DNA from: the human T2T-CHM13v2.0 reference genome, Homo sapiens
Assembly: GCF_009914755.1 (NCBI RefSeq)
Contig: NC_060946.1
DNA: 64,000 nucleotides
Reading direction: 5' to 3' (one strand)
Position numbers and translations under genes: made by a program. The notes under the pieces were generated by a model. It was given only the letters and a program-made list of their open reading frames with translations. It ran no database searches and had not been told where the DNA came from. This document shows positions 29,966-43,512 of the stretch, in pieces (positions within the stretch are counted from its first letter, which is position 1; each line of letters starts with the position of its first letter).

Positions 29966-30206
29966 AGAATTGTTTCATTCTTTTGTTTTTCTTCAGCCAA
30001 GTAACCTTGAATTGGTAACACCACAGACAGTAAGTCTTATCTCAACACCAGTAGACAAATCAGCAGATTCAAAGTAGGCAGGGAAATAAAAAGATAGGCA
30101 AAAGAACTGAGACTTTTTCATTTTAGGGTTTTTAAAAATAGTAACTATTTGAGTTCTGAATTTTCTTTCATGTAATTTGGCCGTCAGGTTTAAAGTGTGC
30201 ACTAGA

Positions 30207-30807
<601 letters not shown>

Positions 30808-30808
30808 C

Positions 30809-30817
30809 ATGTGTGTA

Positions 30818-30849
<32 letters not shown>

Positions 30850-30857
30850 TGTGTGTG
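30809..30857. repeat. (TG)n microsatellite
   Basis: Seen directly. Confidence 0.95.
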
Positions 30858-31573
30858 GCTAGAATGGTCCATAATATATAGCCAGCTCCAGTCCCAGAAA
30901 ACCTAGCAAGCTTAAGGTTAGAGCTTCTCATTTTGGCCTTTTCAAGATTAATTCTCCTTTAGTAAGCCCTTCCCCTCTAGGGAGGTACTTGCCGGAGCGC
31001 TGCCTGAAGTTGGTGTTCTGATGCCCTGTTGTTTCTGTTCTGAATGGTTTATTTCTCATTATAAGAGCTCAGCAAAGCAGACAGAGTTAAAAAGCAGAGA
31101 CATGAAGGCTTTAAAATCATGGACTTCACTCCTACACTGAATCTCAGGTCCCCAGAAGGACAGAAACACCATGGGACCACAGCAAAGGCAGAAGGAGGAA
31201 TGAGAGAGGGAGGTGGACAGAACAACAAACAGGAGTTGGCTCTCAATTTTTCAAATGTGCCATTTTGTTTAGGTTTTTCTAGTTTATGGAGTCTCTTTGT
31301 TCCAGTTGAGCACACAGATAAACTAGAGATCTCACAAGGCTTTTGCTGAGAACATCAAAGCCTTTAACCTCTGTTGGGCCAAATATTTAGACCAAAAATA
31401 CAGATAGACACACAAAAGCCAGAACCAGACCAGATTAAGTATCTCAGTGGCTACAGCCTTTATTCCCTTTATTCTTTAGGATTCGAACTCAAACCAGATT
31501 CAGGATTCTAACCCAACCAGGACACCCCTGGGGTGAAACTGAAACCCCACAGTCTAGACAAGGTTGGGGGTCT

Positions 31574-31872
<299 letters not shown>

Positions 31873-31996
31873 CTGCTTGTTCTTTTCATTTCATCCTTAT
31901 CTCCGAATACAGGAGAGTAGCTGATTTGGTGTTCACTAACAAGCACAGAAGCTTTGTTACATTTACAGTGTCATTCTTGGGAAAACCTGAAGTTTT

Positions 31997-32208
31997 GCCT
32001 CCCGAGTTCACACCATTCTCCTGCCTCAGCCTCCTGAGTAGCTGGGACTATAGGCGCCCGCCACCTCACCCAGCTAATTTTTTGTATTTTTAGTAGAGAC
32101 GGGGTTTCACCGTGTTAGCCAGGATGGTCTCGATCTCCTGACCTTGTGATCCACCCACCTCGGCCTCCCAGAGTGCTGGGATTACAGGCTTGAGACACCA
32201 CGCCCAGC
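31997..32208 (-). mobile_element. AluY lacking its 3' end and tail
   Basis: Begins abruptly at GCCTCCCGAGTTCACACCATTCTCC with no poly-T. Confidence 0.9.
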
Positions 32209-35200
32209 CAGAGGCTCTAATTTCAATGATGATTGTGCTTTTTATCTCTTCCTCAGCATCTGGTTCATGATAAAATTTCAGGAATCTTGATGGTATCTAA
32301 ATCAATTGTTGATTCTGTCCTGGAGAAACACAAGCATAACCTCTATGCCAAGTTATAATTTTACCTATTTCCCAACTTTTTGTTATTGGATCTCTCCACC
32401 AAACCAGTTATTCTGCTTCTGTCTTCGCAGCTGCTTTCTGTAGATGCTGTTCAGCTGCTGATAACATCTGGCCTTTGGGCAGGCTTAAAAAATTGAAAGT
32501 TAATAATGCTAGATTCAATTGTATATGGGCTATCCCTTAATCCCTGTTTCTCCCCCTTTTTTGTTTTTATTATCAGTTGTTCATCTGTATGAAATTGTAA
32601 CTGAGCATTTTCAATTAACTGTGTGGAGTGAACCATGTATGAAGAATCAGAAATCACATTAATAGGCATATCAAAAGCAGTCAATACCTCAATTACAGCT
32701 ACAAGCTCCACTTTTTGAGCTGAAGTATAGGGTGTCTGGAAAACTTTACCTTTTGATCCAGAATAAGAAGCTTTACCATTACTATACCCATCTGTGAAAC
32801 AATGAAAACACTTCGCAGGCTGCAGGTTGCTTACTGCAGGAATTGTAAATGCAAACCGTTCACAGTATTGCTCAGCTAAAAGGGTAGTAAAGAAACAGTC
32901 TTTTAAATCTGTGACTATTAAAGGCCAATTTTTTGGAATTATAGTAGGAGAAGGCAATCCTGGCTGTTATGTTTCCATAGGTTGTATAACTGAATTGATG
33001 GCTCTTAAGTCAGTTAACATTCTCCATTTACCTGATTTTTTCTTAATTATGAAAACTGGAGAATTCCAAGGGGAAAATGTTGGAGCTATGTGCCCATTTT
33101 CTAATTGTTCAGTAACTATTTTCTCTAAAGCTTCCAGTTTCTCTTTGCTTAGCAGCCATTATTCTATCCAAATTGGCTTATCTGTTAACCATTTTAAAGG
33201 TATAGGTTCTGGAGGCTTAACAATGGCCACCATCAAAAATGATATCCTAATCTTTGGCAAGAACTTTGTCTTTCCGTTTGAAGCAGTTCTTTCAAACCTT
33301 GCAAATTTTTTTTCTACTCCCATTCCACGGACATGCCCCATTTCGTGCATCATATGCTGACTTTGAGGGCTGTGTAATTGTTATGGAATTAGAACTTGTG
33401 CTCCCCATTGTCATAATAAATCTCTCCCCCATAAATTTTTAGGTACAGAAGTTGTAATTGGTTGAATAGTCCCAGGTTGTCCATCGGGCCCTTCACAATG
33501 CAAAATATAGCTACTTTGATATACTTCTGGGGCTTTAGCAGTTTCCACTGTGTTAAATTGAGTGGGCTGAATTGGACATGTGGACGGCCAGTGCTGTAGA
33601 GAAATGATTGAAATGTCTGCTCCTACCAAAAAAAAAATATTATCTACCAAACCTTTAAAGTTCTTTCCCTGGATAGTTATTTAAAAGGTAGGATGTTTAT
33701 CAGTAATTTGATTTACCCAATAAGCTGCCTTGCCTTTTTTATTTGTGCTTCCAAATCCTCCAGTTCATTTAATTTCACTTTTTCCCATTCCCACATACGG
33801 CACACTCAGGAGCTGTGCTATGCGCACTTCTGGCTGGTGCTTTCCAGGGAACAGAAGTAGATATCACAATTTGAATTTCCTCATTGTAATCTGAATCAGT
33901 GACTCCAGTGTGTATTTGTACCCCTTCTAAACTTAAACTAGACCTTCTGAAAAGTAATCCCATTGTCCCTGTTGGCAACGGTCCACAGACTCCTGTTGGG
34001 ACCTTTTGCGGGGGTTCCCCAGGCAGAAGGCTCACAGCTTTTGTGCAGCATAAATCTACTGTGGCACTATGGCCTGTGGTGGGGGACAGATAATGTACGG
34101 GGGTGAGGGAATAGCCTGAGCTGGAAATGCCCTGGTTTAGAACAGGGCCTGGGATGGGCCCCTCAGGGAGTTTCCTGAAATCGGATTCCCTTCTTTATCA
34201 AACCTAGAGTGACACTGATTAGCCCAAAGTTTTCCTATTTTACATTTTGGACATATTTCAGGATCAGCAGTTTTCTTTTTTCCCCTATCTGGTGGCCTTA
34301 CTCGCTGATTTTTTTTCTACATTCTTTTTAGTATGACCATGCTTCCCACAGTTAAAACAAGCTCCAGGAAATGGAGTATTTCCTTTATCCACTCTCAGTC
34401 CTGCCATCGCCTGTGCCAACAAAGTAGCTTTATGTAGATTACCTCTGATACTATCACAGGCCTTGATATAATCAACTAAATGTGCTTTCCCTCTGATAGG
34501 TCGCAGAGCAGCCTAGCAATAGTGATTAGCATTGTCAAAAGCTAATAACTGCAAAAGTATATCCTAAGCAGCCAAATCTGCAATCATCTTTTTAAGAGAT
34601 TCCTGTAACCAAGCTACAAAATCCACGCATGTTTCTCTTGGTCCCTGTTTTATAGCACTAAAGGAAGGGTATTGTTCTCCACATGAAGTGATTTTTTCCA
34701 AGCTCTAATGCACACTCCTCTAAGCTGTTCTATGGCATCATCTTGCATGACCACTTGTGCATGTAAACCAGCCCAGCCACCAACCCCCAAAAGTTGGTCT
34801 GCAGTTATATTAATTTGAGGTTGGGCCCAGGCATTGCGAGCAGCCTGAATGGAAGCTTCATCTGCCCACTAAGTTTTAAATTGTAAGAACTGAGCAGGAA
34901 TTAGACAAGCTCGAGTAATAGTGTCCCAGTCAGTAGGAATCATCTGACTGGAAACAGCAACATTCTTTAACGGTCCCATTTCAAAAGGAGAACCTGGTCC
35001 ATACTGATTTGTAGCGTGTTTAAATTTTTTGAGTAATTTAAAAGGAAAAGGCTCAAATGTAGCTATAATATTTCCCTGTTGATCTGCGGGGTGTATTCAA
35101 ACAGGGAACTGCCAAGCCTCTAAATCCCACTTTTGTCTGGCTTGCTGAATTCCTGCCTGAATAGAACTAAGAGCAGTCGCTCAAGGCGCTGCTCGAACAG

Positions 35201-35604
35201 TCACCAGGGTAACTACTTTTCACCCAGTGTCCTCCAGAAAAGAAAGATCTGGAGGGTCGTTTTCTTCAAAATAATAATGAGGGGGTGCAGAAGGGTAGGG
35301 ATGAACCTCTCCTTCCTTTTCTGCTTTAGATTTAGGTGGCAAATAAACCTGGTCTGTAACCTCTACTGTTACTTTGTTATACTCTCCTTCCTCCTCATCA
35401 TCAGTGTGAAAAAGTTCCAAGGTAGAACGAACCACAGCCCACACTTGTCCCATTGTTACCCTGAAGCTTCCGAGCTCCCCTTCTTACTCACCACGGGGAT
35501 TGCTTTAAGAGTACTCAGGTGTCCTCCAGCTAGTTCCACATTCTCCAATCGTTGCTCCAGCGATCCTTTGACCTATATTCGAGCCCCCATGAATTTGCAT
35601 CACT
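32209..35604 (-). mobile_element. HERV-K(HML-3)/HERVK9 internal region: decayed gag, dUTPase-protease, internally deleted pol; env and 3' LTR missing
   Basis: Gag start MGQVWAVVRSTLELFHTDDEEEGEY (35453); dUTPase SLLPGEPPQKVPTGVCGPLP...GVTDSDY; protease GADISIIS...NLWGRDLL; [17 protein letters not shown] and DLKDCFFT; RNase H FTDG...SAQKVEL; IN C-terminus [16 protein letters not shown]. Confidence 0.9.
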
Positions 35605-36117
35605 TGCTGAGACCAGGTCGGTCGGGGAGACCCTAACCCAGCAGCGCTAGAGGAATTAAAGATATACACACTGAAATATAGAGGTGTGAAGTGGGAAATC
35701 AGGGGTCTCACAGCCTTCAGAGCTGAGAGCCCTGAACAGAGATTTACCCACGTATTTATTAACAGCAAGCCAGTCATTAGCATTGTTTCTATAGATATTA
35801 GATTAACTAAAAGTATTCCTTATGGGAAACGAAGGGATGGGCTGAATTAAAGGAATAGGTTGGGCTAGTTAACTGCAGCAGAAGCATGTTCTTAAGGCAC
35901 AGATCACTCATCCTATTGTTTGTGGCTTAAGAATGTTTTTAAGTGGTTTTCCACCCTGGACGGGCCAGGTATTCCTTGTCCTCATTCCAGTAAACCCACA
36001 ACCTTACAGCGTGGGTGTTATGGCCATCATGAACATGTCACAGTGCTGCACAGATTTTGTTTATGGCCAGTTTTGGGGCCAGTTTATGGCCGGATTTGAG
36101 GGGTCTTGTTCCCAACA
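35605..36117 (-). mobile_element. MER9 LTR (5' LTR of the HML-3 provirus)
   Basis: Minus strand starts TGTTGGGAACAAGACCCC...GGCCATAAACTGGCCCCAAAACTGGCCATAAAC and ends ...TCTCAGCA; about 510 bp. Confidence 0.9.
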
Positions 36118-37892
36118 GTTCCTCAGGGTAAGGCTGCCCTAACGCCTGTGGGGACCTTCTTTGGTGGCTCCCCAGGAAGTAAGGAGATGGGAATTGTTCT
36201 GTAGAGGTCTACAGCAGCACTGCTTGCTGAGGCGGGGGACAATTGTTGTACATTTGTAAGGGCAGTGGCTGTGCTGGGTATGCCTCGGTTTGTTGAGGGG
36301 CTCAAGGTGGGTCCCTCTTCCTATTTCCTGAAAGAGGTTGCCCATCTTTGCTAAATTTAGAATGACACGGACTTGCCTAGTGATTGCCTTTCTTACACCA
36401 GGGACATACACTGGGACTTTTCTGTTGATTGATGGTAGTAGTTTTCGTCTTTTTAATTCCTTTCTACATTCCTTTCTTGTGTCCAATTTGCCCACAATTA
36501 AGGCAAGAGCCTGAGAAATGAAGCATATTTTTTCTTACTCTTAATCTAGCCATAGCCTGAGCTAAAAGAATAGCCTTATGTAAGTTACCTCCAATGTCAT
36601 CGCAAGCCTTAATATATTTAGTTAAATGAGCCTTCTCTCTCAGGGGTCTAATAGCAGTTTGACACTCTGCATTAGCATTATTGTATGCAAGAAGCTGTAT
36701 TACAACATCTTGAGCTGTTTTTATCATTTATGGCTTTATACACAGCCTCTTGGAGCTGAGCAATAAAATTAATATATGGTTGTTTAGGTCCTTGTCAGAC
36801 AGAACTGAAATAAGGATACTTTTCCCCTGTAACATTTATCCTTTTCTATGCCTGTAAGCACATGAAGCACAGCTGAACAATGGCAACATCTTCCATTACT
36901 GCTTGATTCTCTAATCAACCCCGGTTAGGGCCAACTCATATTAACTGATCAAAGAAAACAGGCACAGGTGGCTGCACTTCTGTGTTTTCATTTGCCTGAG
37001 TTTGAGCTTCATCAGCCTACCAAGTTTTAAACTGCAAGTACTGAGATGGAGTGAGAACAGGTTTTGTCAAAGTATCCTAATTTTATAGTAGTAATCTATT
37101 ACCAAGAGCCATATTTTTTAATAAAGTTTGCACAAAAAGAGAGTTCAGTCCATATTGACTAATGGCTTGCTTAAATTCTTTAGTAACTTAAAAGAAAAAA
37201 CAGCCTAATTAGCTATATTCTGTCCTACTTGCTGGATTATAGTAACGGGAAATTGCCATGCTTCAAGGTCTCCCTTGGCTTTAGCTTTTTGAATAGAATT
37301 TTGTCTAGCTCCACCAATTGCTCCAGGTTTTAATGTTGCAACTACAGGAGCAGTAAGTTTTTCAGCTAATTTATTTTCTCACCCATTTAGGGGAGAGAGA
37401 AGAGGTGGCCATTCACTTAATTCAGCAGGTGGAGCAAATGGGCTAGTAAAACATACTTTTTAAAGTCTTTCTTTTCTTTAATCTCCTCCGGTAGCTGTTC
37501 TTCACACTCAGAATTTGAAGTTAGTTTTTTACACTCATCCTCCTCTTCCTCATCTGACTCTGCCTCATCATCTCTTTGAAATGGCTCAAAGTCTGCCTTT
37601 ATTAGTGCCCACACTGACCATACAGAAACTGGAATTTTTGCTCCATCTTTATATGCCTTTTAAAAATCTCTTCCAATTCTCTCCCGTTCATCTAACTTCA
37701 TACTCCTTTGTTCTGGAAACCATGGGCAAAACTGTTTTACTGTACTAAAGAGTGATAACAAATTCTAAGTGCTAACTTTCACTCACCATCTTTGTATGTC
37801 CTCGGGTGTCTTTTGATGATGTGTCCTCTGCTTTCACATGCTCTAGCCTTCCTTCATCAGGGTCTTTGTCATCCCATGTTGGGCGCCAAGAA
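36118..37892 (-). mobile_element. Second HERV-K internal region (HML-1/HERVK14-like): primer-binding site, decayed gag, start of dUTPase
   Basis: PBS TGGCGCCCAACATGGGAT (37888-37871, tRNA-Lys type); MA-like WALIKADFEPFQ; CA/NC QLLAYNNANAECQTAIRPL...CLNCGQIGH; dUTPase start SAAVDL...SLLPGEPPKKVPTGV. Confidence 0.85.
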
Positions 37893-38179
37893 TGCTGGGG
37901 TGATCAGACCCAACACTAGGTCATGGGGGTGACAAAGTCCGGTGGAGTCAAAGGAATGAGAAAAAGACAGTTTGAGAGAGAAAGTGGGACCAGGGGACCA
38001 TCACAAGTGTGGAGTCTGCAAAGTCCCCAAGCTCTGGGAGCCCACACTATTTATTGGTGCTCAAACAAAGAAACAGGTGGTGAGGATGTGGGGGTTGAAA
38101 GGAAACGGAGTATCAAGTGAATGAGAAACATATGGCCCTGCCTCAGCTTCTCTTCCAACACTCAGCTTTTCTCCTAACA
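37893..38179 (-). mobile_element. LTR14A-like 5' LTR, with an internal deletion
   Basis: Minus strand TGTTAGGAGAAAAGCTGAGTGTTGG...AATAAA...TGATCACCCCAGCA, directly upstream of the Lys PBS. Confidence 0.75.
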
Positions 38180-38965
38180 CGTCCCCCTTAAGAACAGGAA
38201 TAAAATAGGGATGCCTGTTCTCACCACTCCTGTTCAACAAGTCCTAGCCAGAGCAATCAGGCAAGAGAAAGAGATAAAATGCATCCAAATAGGAAATGAA
38301 GTCAAATTATCTCTCTTAACTGATGATATGATTCTACACCTAGAAAACCCTAAAGACTGTGCCAAAAGGCTCCTAGAACTGATAAAAAAAACTTCAGCGA
38401 AGTTTCAGGATAAAAAAAATCAACATATAAAAAGAAGTAGCATTTCTGTACACCAAAAATATTTAAACTGAGAGGTAAGTCAAGAGTGCAATCCTGTTTA
38501 CAACAGCAACCCCCAAAATAAAATAAAAGAAGAATATGTCTAACCAAGGAGGTAAAGGATATCTAAAAGGAGAACTATAAAACACTGCAGAAAGAAATCA
38601 TTGATGACAAAACAAATGGAAAACCATTCCATGCTCATGGATTAGAAAGAGCAATATTGTTAGAATGGCTATACTGCCAAAAGCAATCTACACATTCAAC
38701 ATTATTCCTATGAAACAACCAATGTCGTTTTTCACAGAATCAGAAAAAAACTATTCTAAATTTCGTATGGATTTTTAAAGAGCCCAGACAACCAAAGGAA
38801 ACCTAAGCAAGAAGAACAAAGCTGGAGACATCACATTACTTGACTTCATACTATACCCTAAGGTCACAGTAGACAAAATAGCATGGTGGCGATATGAAAA
38901 CAGACACAAAGACCAATGCAACAGAATAGAGAACCCCAAAATAAACATGCACCTACAGCCATCAG
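38180..38965 (+). mobile_element. Older L1 ORF2 fragment (RT region), host of the HML-1-like insertion
   Basis: ORF 38211-38471 [18 protein letters not shown]...[14 protein letters not shown]. Confidence 0.85.
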
Positions 38966-38969
38966 CTTT

Positions 38970-39285
38970 CCCAGGATAACACAAATAGAGCCAAGTGGCA
39001 CCTGCACATTACATTGTGGAAGAAAAACCCAAGCTCAAGAAACCCAAACTTGTATTATGGGAAGTTCACTTGGCTGTACCCTTCCCAAGAGGGAGAAATT
39101 ATCTGCATTATACTAGACAGTAAATAAAATTTTCCTTTGTTCCAGAAGGAGGTACTGGTTTTCTATTCCAAGGGTGTTTTCTATACAAACATGCTTGAAA
39201 ATAATCATTTGGAACAAGAAAGTCAGCGTCCACACTTGCAAAATGTGTGGAAATTAAAGAGATCCAAAAACTGTTTCTCTACCAA
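38970..39285 (-). mobile_element. MER34-like ERV1 LTR fragment
   Basis: Resembles the recalled reverse MER34 sequence (TTTGTTCCAGAAGGAGG...TATACAAACAT...TGTTTCTCTACCA). Confidence 0.5.
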
Positions 39286-39559
39286 TTTCTATGTTTTAAA
39301 AATCACATTTTCCCCATATAATATGCTTTTAATATGTGATCATATTCTGAAATTGTCTTAGCATTTACTCCCATATCTGAGTCCAGAAGGATACAATAAA
39401 TTTAATTAAATTTAGTAACACTTCAAATAGTAGTGATTGTAATAGCAGAGCTAGTTTGTAGCATAAGGAAAAAAAATTATATTATTAGGTGACACAAATA
39501 ATGCTAGCCAACATTTCTAAGTGTCATGGTAAGTACAGTGATTATTTTCTTTTTTTCTG

Positions 39560-39685
39560 AATCTTTTTTATTTTATTTTATTTTTTTTTCCCATAGGTTA
39601 TTGGGGTATGGTGGTATTTGGTTCCATGAATAAGTTCTTTACTGGTTATTTGTGAGATTTGGGTGCACCCATCACCCGAACCGTG
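39560..39685 (-). mobile_element. L1PB/old L1PA 3' end fragment
   Basis: T-rich tail, then CATAGGTTATTGGGG...GAGATTTGGGTGCACCCATCACCCGA. Confidence 0.7.
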
Positions 39686-40063
39686 AAATGAGTTCAAATG
39701 AATTGTCAAACGTATGTGGGAAAAGTGGAATCAGTTTGTGAGAAAAAGCAAAAAACTCAACAGAAATGCTGATAAAGCATCATCCCTTCATGGCTAGCGC
39801 TGCCAGGACACTAGAACACCAAAATCAGCTAGGGAAATTTTGTAGAAGTCCCAGATGTACTAAATGTTCTGTGAATACACAGAGATATAATTATAACTGT
39901 TACCTGCATGTAGAGTAAAGATGAGAAGGCATTGGTCTTGGTGGCAGCTACCTCAGGAGTTACAAAGCAGACGTGGTCCCAGGACAGTATATGTCAGGGC
40001 AAAGCTGTCCTCAGAGGCTATTAGGAGCTGGTTATGGCACAGACATTGTAAGTCAGATGGTCT

Positions 40064-40109
40064 CATTACTTTCAATGACAAAACCAAAATTACTTTTGCA
40101 TCAGCCTAA
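40064..40109. mobile_element. Half MADE1 (Mariner MITE) relic
   Basis: CATTACTTTCAATGACAAAACCAAAATTACTTTTGCATCAGCCTAA followed by TA; only one arm present. Confidence 0.6.
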
Positions 40110-40367
40110 TACAACGGCCTGGCAAGAGCACAGAAAAAGTCCCTGTGCTGTTAGGTGGGGACCTCTGATGCAGCACAATTCCTTCATTCCCTTCTCCAAA
40201 ACCCCCTCTTCCAATTCCACTGAAGAGAGAATCTGATGGAAGTGCTGTGTAAGCAGGCTCAGATATATCTACCACTATAGACAGTAGAGGTGATTCACAA
40301 ATCCAAGCCTATCAAATACATCATAAATAAGTTACACGTTTAATTTTTTTTGAAATTAGGATCATGA

Positions 40368-40866
40368 TATAAAAGTTATCAGAATCAAAACTGTCACTAA
40401 TGTTTAAAAAGAAAAGAAAAAACCTGGACAAATAGATTCAGAGAAGGCCTTGAAGAGAGGGTTCTCATGCTTCTAGGCCTGATACAAACTGTCACAAAAT
40501 ACCACAAAATCCACAACCTTGCACAAAGGCCATAGCAACCTTACACAAAATACACTTCTGTGAGGACATGTATCCAGCAACCGCCTGCCCAAACTTCAAC
40601 TGACATCGACCTTGTTGTTGATCTTTATAGTCAAAGGTAACTATATCAAAACAATTATAGAAGCCTCTTCATTTTTCCTTTATTTATTTTTTTTCTACTC
40701 CCCCATAATTCCAGGTTGATCGCTTTTCTTTTAAAGACCTTGTCTTCCTTTACCATTTGAATCTACACAGTTTGCTTTGTCATGCATATTCCCATTGCAG
40801 TGCCCTCCTCCCTAAGATGTGTCTTTTTCGTTTAGAGAGCCTTTCTGTTTGTTATTTAGGTTTACA
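40368..40866 (+). mobile_element. MER65A-like solo LTR
   Basis: AAAGTTATCAGAATCAAAA...CACAACCTTGCACAAAGGCCAT...GTTATTTAGGTTTACA. Confidence 0.75.
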
Positions 40867-42159
40867 ATGAGAAGACGTGTAAAGTATTTTTACTGTCTTC
40901 CTAGGAAAAAATCACTGACTTACAATATTTATATTTATTTATTTACATTCCTGGGGATGAGGAATTAAAGATTTCACAAATTTTCTTATTGAGAAGATCG
41001 AAGTTTTCATGTAAGCAAAACTGAATATGTAAATTATGCTGCAGATAATATGCTCAAATGTTTACTTGTATTTAATTTGTTACACATGAATATTGCATAT
41101 GTAAGATAATATACTAAGAAATTATCACATTTAATGAAATGCTTTAATCAAATTCCTGATTGAATTTTTGATATCAATATATTTTTCCTTGTTTAATCCA
41201 TCTTTAGAGTGAACAGGGCTGTCTAGGCCAAAGTCCTCACTTCTATCTAAATTGTCTGAGTTACAGAACTTTTTGAATTTATTATGTTGTCACAGGAAGT
41301 TTCTTATTGCTTGTTTAAAGGAGTCTCTCTCAATATGATGCAGAATACAAAAGCACTGAAGGGCATATATCCTGAGTTTCTGTTACTGAAGCCAAAGGTT
41401 GCCAATTTCTTGTAGATCCTGCTAGAGTTAAACTTCATTTAAGTAATCATTAAAGGCTGCATTTATTCCCTCACTTGAACTTTTGATTTCACACTATTAG
41501 GACTAATCCTCTAAGTCTTTGCTAAGTTATGTTCCTCCTTTTCTTGTGGCTTGACTCTGATGCTCTCTATATGCAACATCAATTGACATAAAGTACATTC
41601 AGGGCAAGAGAGTTTCTTTAAATATTACTTTGTTATTCAAAATAATCACAAAAGCACTCATCGTAGGAAAACTTGTGAGGACTCAAATATAGGGAAATAC
41701 TTTTTCTTTCTAAGGCACAATTCTCTAAAGAAGTTCACCTTAATTTGAATATACATGGGAAAATATCCTTGTTCACTAATAGTCTATATTCACTCTGTTT
41801 TCTTCCCTCATAGACCAGCCGGTTCACTATTATTCTCCAAATGATGCGTGCCTCCCTAGAGTCCAGGCTATCTGCATATCTAATTTTTCCCACAAATTAC
41901 TGTTTTGAATTGCACTGAATTCAATTCAAGGGGATGTCATTTATAAACAGTGCAAATATATACTGCACGAGGGATCTTAGAAATCATACACATGGTTTGA
42001 TCCATAAGCTCATATGAGCGTGCAATGTCAAGTTTTTTCGTGTTTTTTTAAATCCACTTAAATTCTATTTTAAGCCACCATCTCCCTGTGTTGGTAGGGC
42101 AGTTAGCCTTCAATCATTTTAAGATGCTCCCCTCTAAGTACTGTGATAGTGATAGAGAT

Positions 42160-42556
42160 ATCACCAGTCAGGTGTCCTAGGAAGCCGACTCCGAGTTGGA
42201 GATTTGCATGCAAGGAGGTTGAAATGATATTCCCAACACCTGTGGAAGAGTGAAAGCAATAGGATTGGGTGGAGCAGGAAGTCGGCTGGAATGCAATCAC
42301 TATCATGGCCGCAGTCCACTCTACAGGGATCTTGGTGAGTTTACCTAATGAACTCGAATTGGAGCAAGAAAACCAGGCCATTATATTTCTGTACCAAGCA
42401 GTTCTCGGATGTGGGATGCCTTGAGAAGGGACATGAACTTGGATGAAGGAACTTTACTGTGCTGTGAGTATTGTTGCCAGGAGTCAGCTGTCAACACTCC
42501 CAGGAGACGGGAAATTATGCTTTAGTCACTGAGGCAGCATCTAGTGTCAGACCACA
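42160..42556 (-). mobile_element. LTR16/LTR33-type ERVL LTR, decayed
   Basis: GGAGATTTGCATGCAAGGAGG...AACACCTGTGG...GGATTGGG resembles reverse LTR16A. Confidence 0.55.
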
Positions 42557-42963
42557 GCCTTGTTAAACAGAGCCAGAATTTGGAGGATGGTTGGTGGGTT
42601 TAACATTTGGGGCTTGACATCTTGTCCCCACAAGCTGCTGATGGCCTCTTCCTTGTCCATTTCTGTGTGGCCTGTTTAGGACCCCCAGCTTCCTGCTTCT
42701 TCTTTACCATATTTGGAATGCAAAAATCTACACGTAATTTGGCCCATGGTCCCTTCTGCTTAGACATATCTTTGTAGCTATTTTTTTTAAAAGATGACTA
42801 TGTCTTCTAGAATATTTCTAAGAAACTGCCTAAGTCACCACTGCTCACCAAGAGGCCTTTGTTTTTTCCTCTTCTTAACCATGGGAAAGGAATGTAGGAG
42901 GGTAGGGAGTGGATATTTTCTAACCTGGAAAAAACTCATTTTACCCTATATAATTTTTGTTAG

Positions 42964-43512
<549 letters not shown>

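Noticed and set aside
32827-35636. Plus-strand ORFs of 177 aa and 167 aa
   Set aside because: Antisense shadows of HERV-K pol and gag.
40064-40109. MADE1-derived miR-548-type hairpin
   Set aside because: Only one arm of the palindrome is present, so no hairpin can form.
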